A stretch of 64,000 nucleotides of DNA, from positions 68,575,386 to 68,639,385 of the forward strand of contig NC_068990.1 in assembly GCF_001194135.2 (NCBI RefSeq), read 5' to 3'. The notes under the pieces are model-generated. The model saw only the letters and a list, made by a program, of their open reading frames with translations, did no database searches and had not been told where the DNA came from. This DNA comes from Octopus bimaculoides. Taxonomy: Eukaryota. The position numbers were made by a program, and so were the translations under genes. Shown piece after piece: positions 63,178-64,000 of the stretch (the stretch's first letter is position 1; each line of letters starts with the position of its first letter).

Positions 63178-64000
63178 CTGGAATTTGCGTACATATATTA
63201 AAGTGTATATATTACACACATAAGCTCACGCAGTTATACACAAACGCATACATTATATGTGTATATTTATACACACACGCACACACACACATATATATAT
63301 ATATATACATGTGTCTGTATGCACGTATGTATATGAGCATACATACCTATACACATACATATACATATATATACATGCATACTTAATCCTATATATGTAT
63401 ACACATGCCTATATACACATATATATATATACATAACCATGAACACACATGTAAATATGTGTGTGTCTCACACCACAAACAAATCTTCATCAGTATTCAC
63501 TACAACAGAACACTGCAAAAATAGGCATGCATATACTCCCCTATACCTACATATATAAAGATATGCTTGTTCGCACGTTTGTGTGTGTATACAAGGTGTA
63601 CATTCGTGCATACGTATAGCGATTTGCTCTCTGAAATATTTCTTTATTTTTCTGGCTAGACTAATTGAAAATTTACAATGTAGTGATGACCTAAATAAGA
63701 TGGTCGCTTTCACGGTATTTCTATAAGGTCTTAACAATGGTTCCCCACATTAAATATATATATATATACAGATTTGTGATTTCATAGACAGACGGACGTA
63801 TTCGCTGACATGAAAAATGAAGTAGTGGACAGTTTAAGTAACTTTAGTAGCTGCTGTACCGTCAGTAAGTAAATAAATGACACAGATTATCTAAATACAA
63901 TATATTTTGTACAAGATACCTGCTCTAAAAGTTTTTGTAAATTTACAGAATCAACTTATCATCGAGAAAATAGTTAAAAAGGGAGAAAGTGAAAGTAAAC

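Overview
Repeat-dominated, AT-rich animal genomic DNA with many assembly gaps, most of them flanked by (TA)n, (TG)n or (GA)n microsatellites. The SINE families and extreme microsatellite load suggest an octopod cephalopod, probably Octopus (inference from recalled repeat families, no database search). I see no intact protein-coding gene, rRNA or CRISPR array, and most listed ORFs are translated microsatellites or N-runs. Explained content: (1) about 25 tRNA-derived SINE copies or fragments in four families; (2) non-LTR retrotransposon fragments: one RTE, at least seven R4/Dong-like restriction-like-endonuclease (RLE) pieces that often abut (AAT)n tracts, one Nimb/L2-like 3' end and one Penelope GIY-YIG domain; (3) decayed Tc1/mariner derivatives and two hAT MITEs with 8-bp TSDs. 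The most interesting unexplained signals are two dissimilar type I hammerhead-ribozyme-like motifs 374 nt apart on the minus strand (45.8 and 46.2 kb) next to a strong hairpin; two adjacent foldback transposons, one built from two 5' ends and one from two 3' ends (3.6-5.4 kb); further long inverted-repeat elements (6.4 and 21-22.8 kb); a non-coding (AAT)n-tailed retroposon fused to an R4-like ORF; and a LINE 3' tail resembling the tail of one SINE family. All alignments were done by eye, so boundaries are approximate (about 10-30 bp) unless a TSD is quoted.
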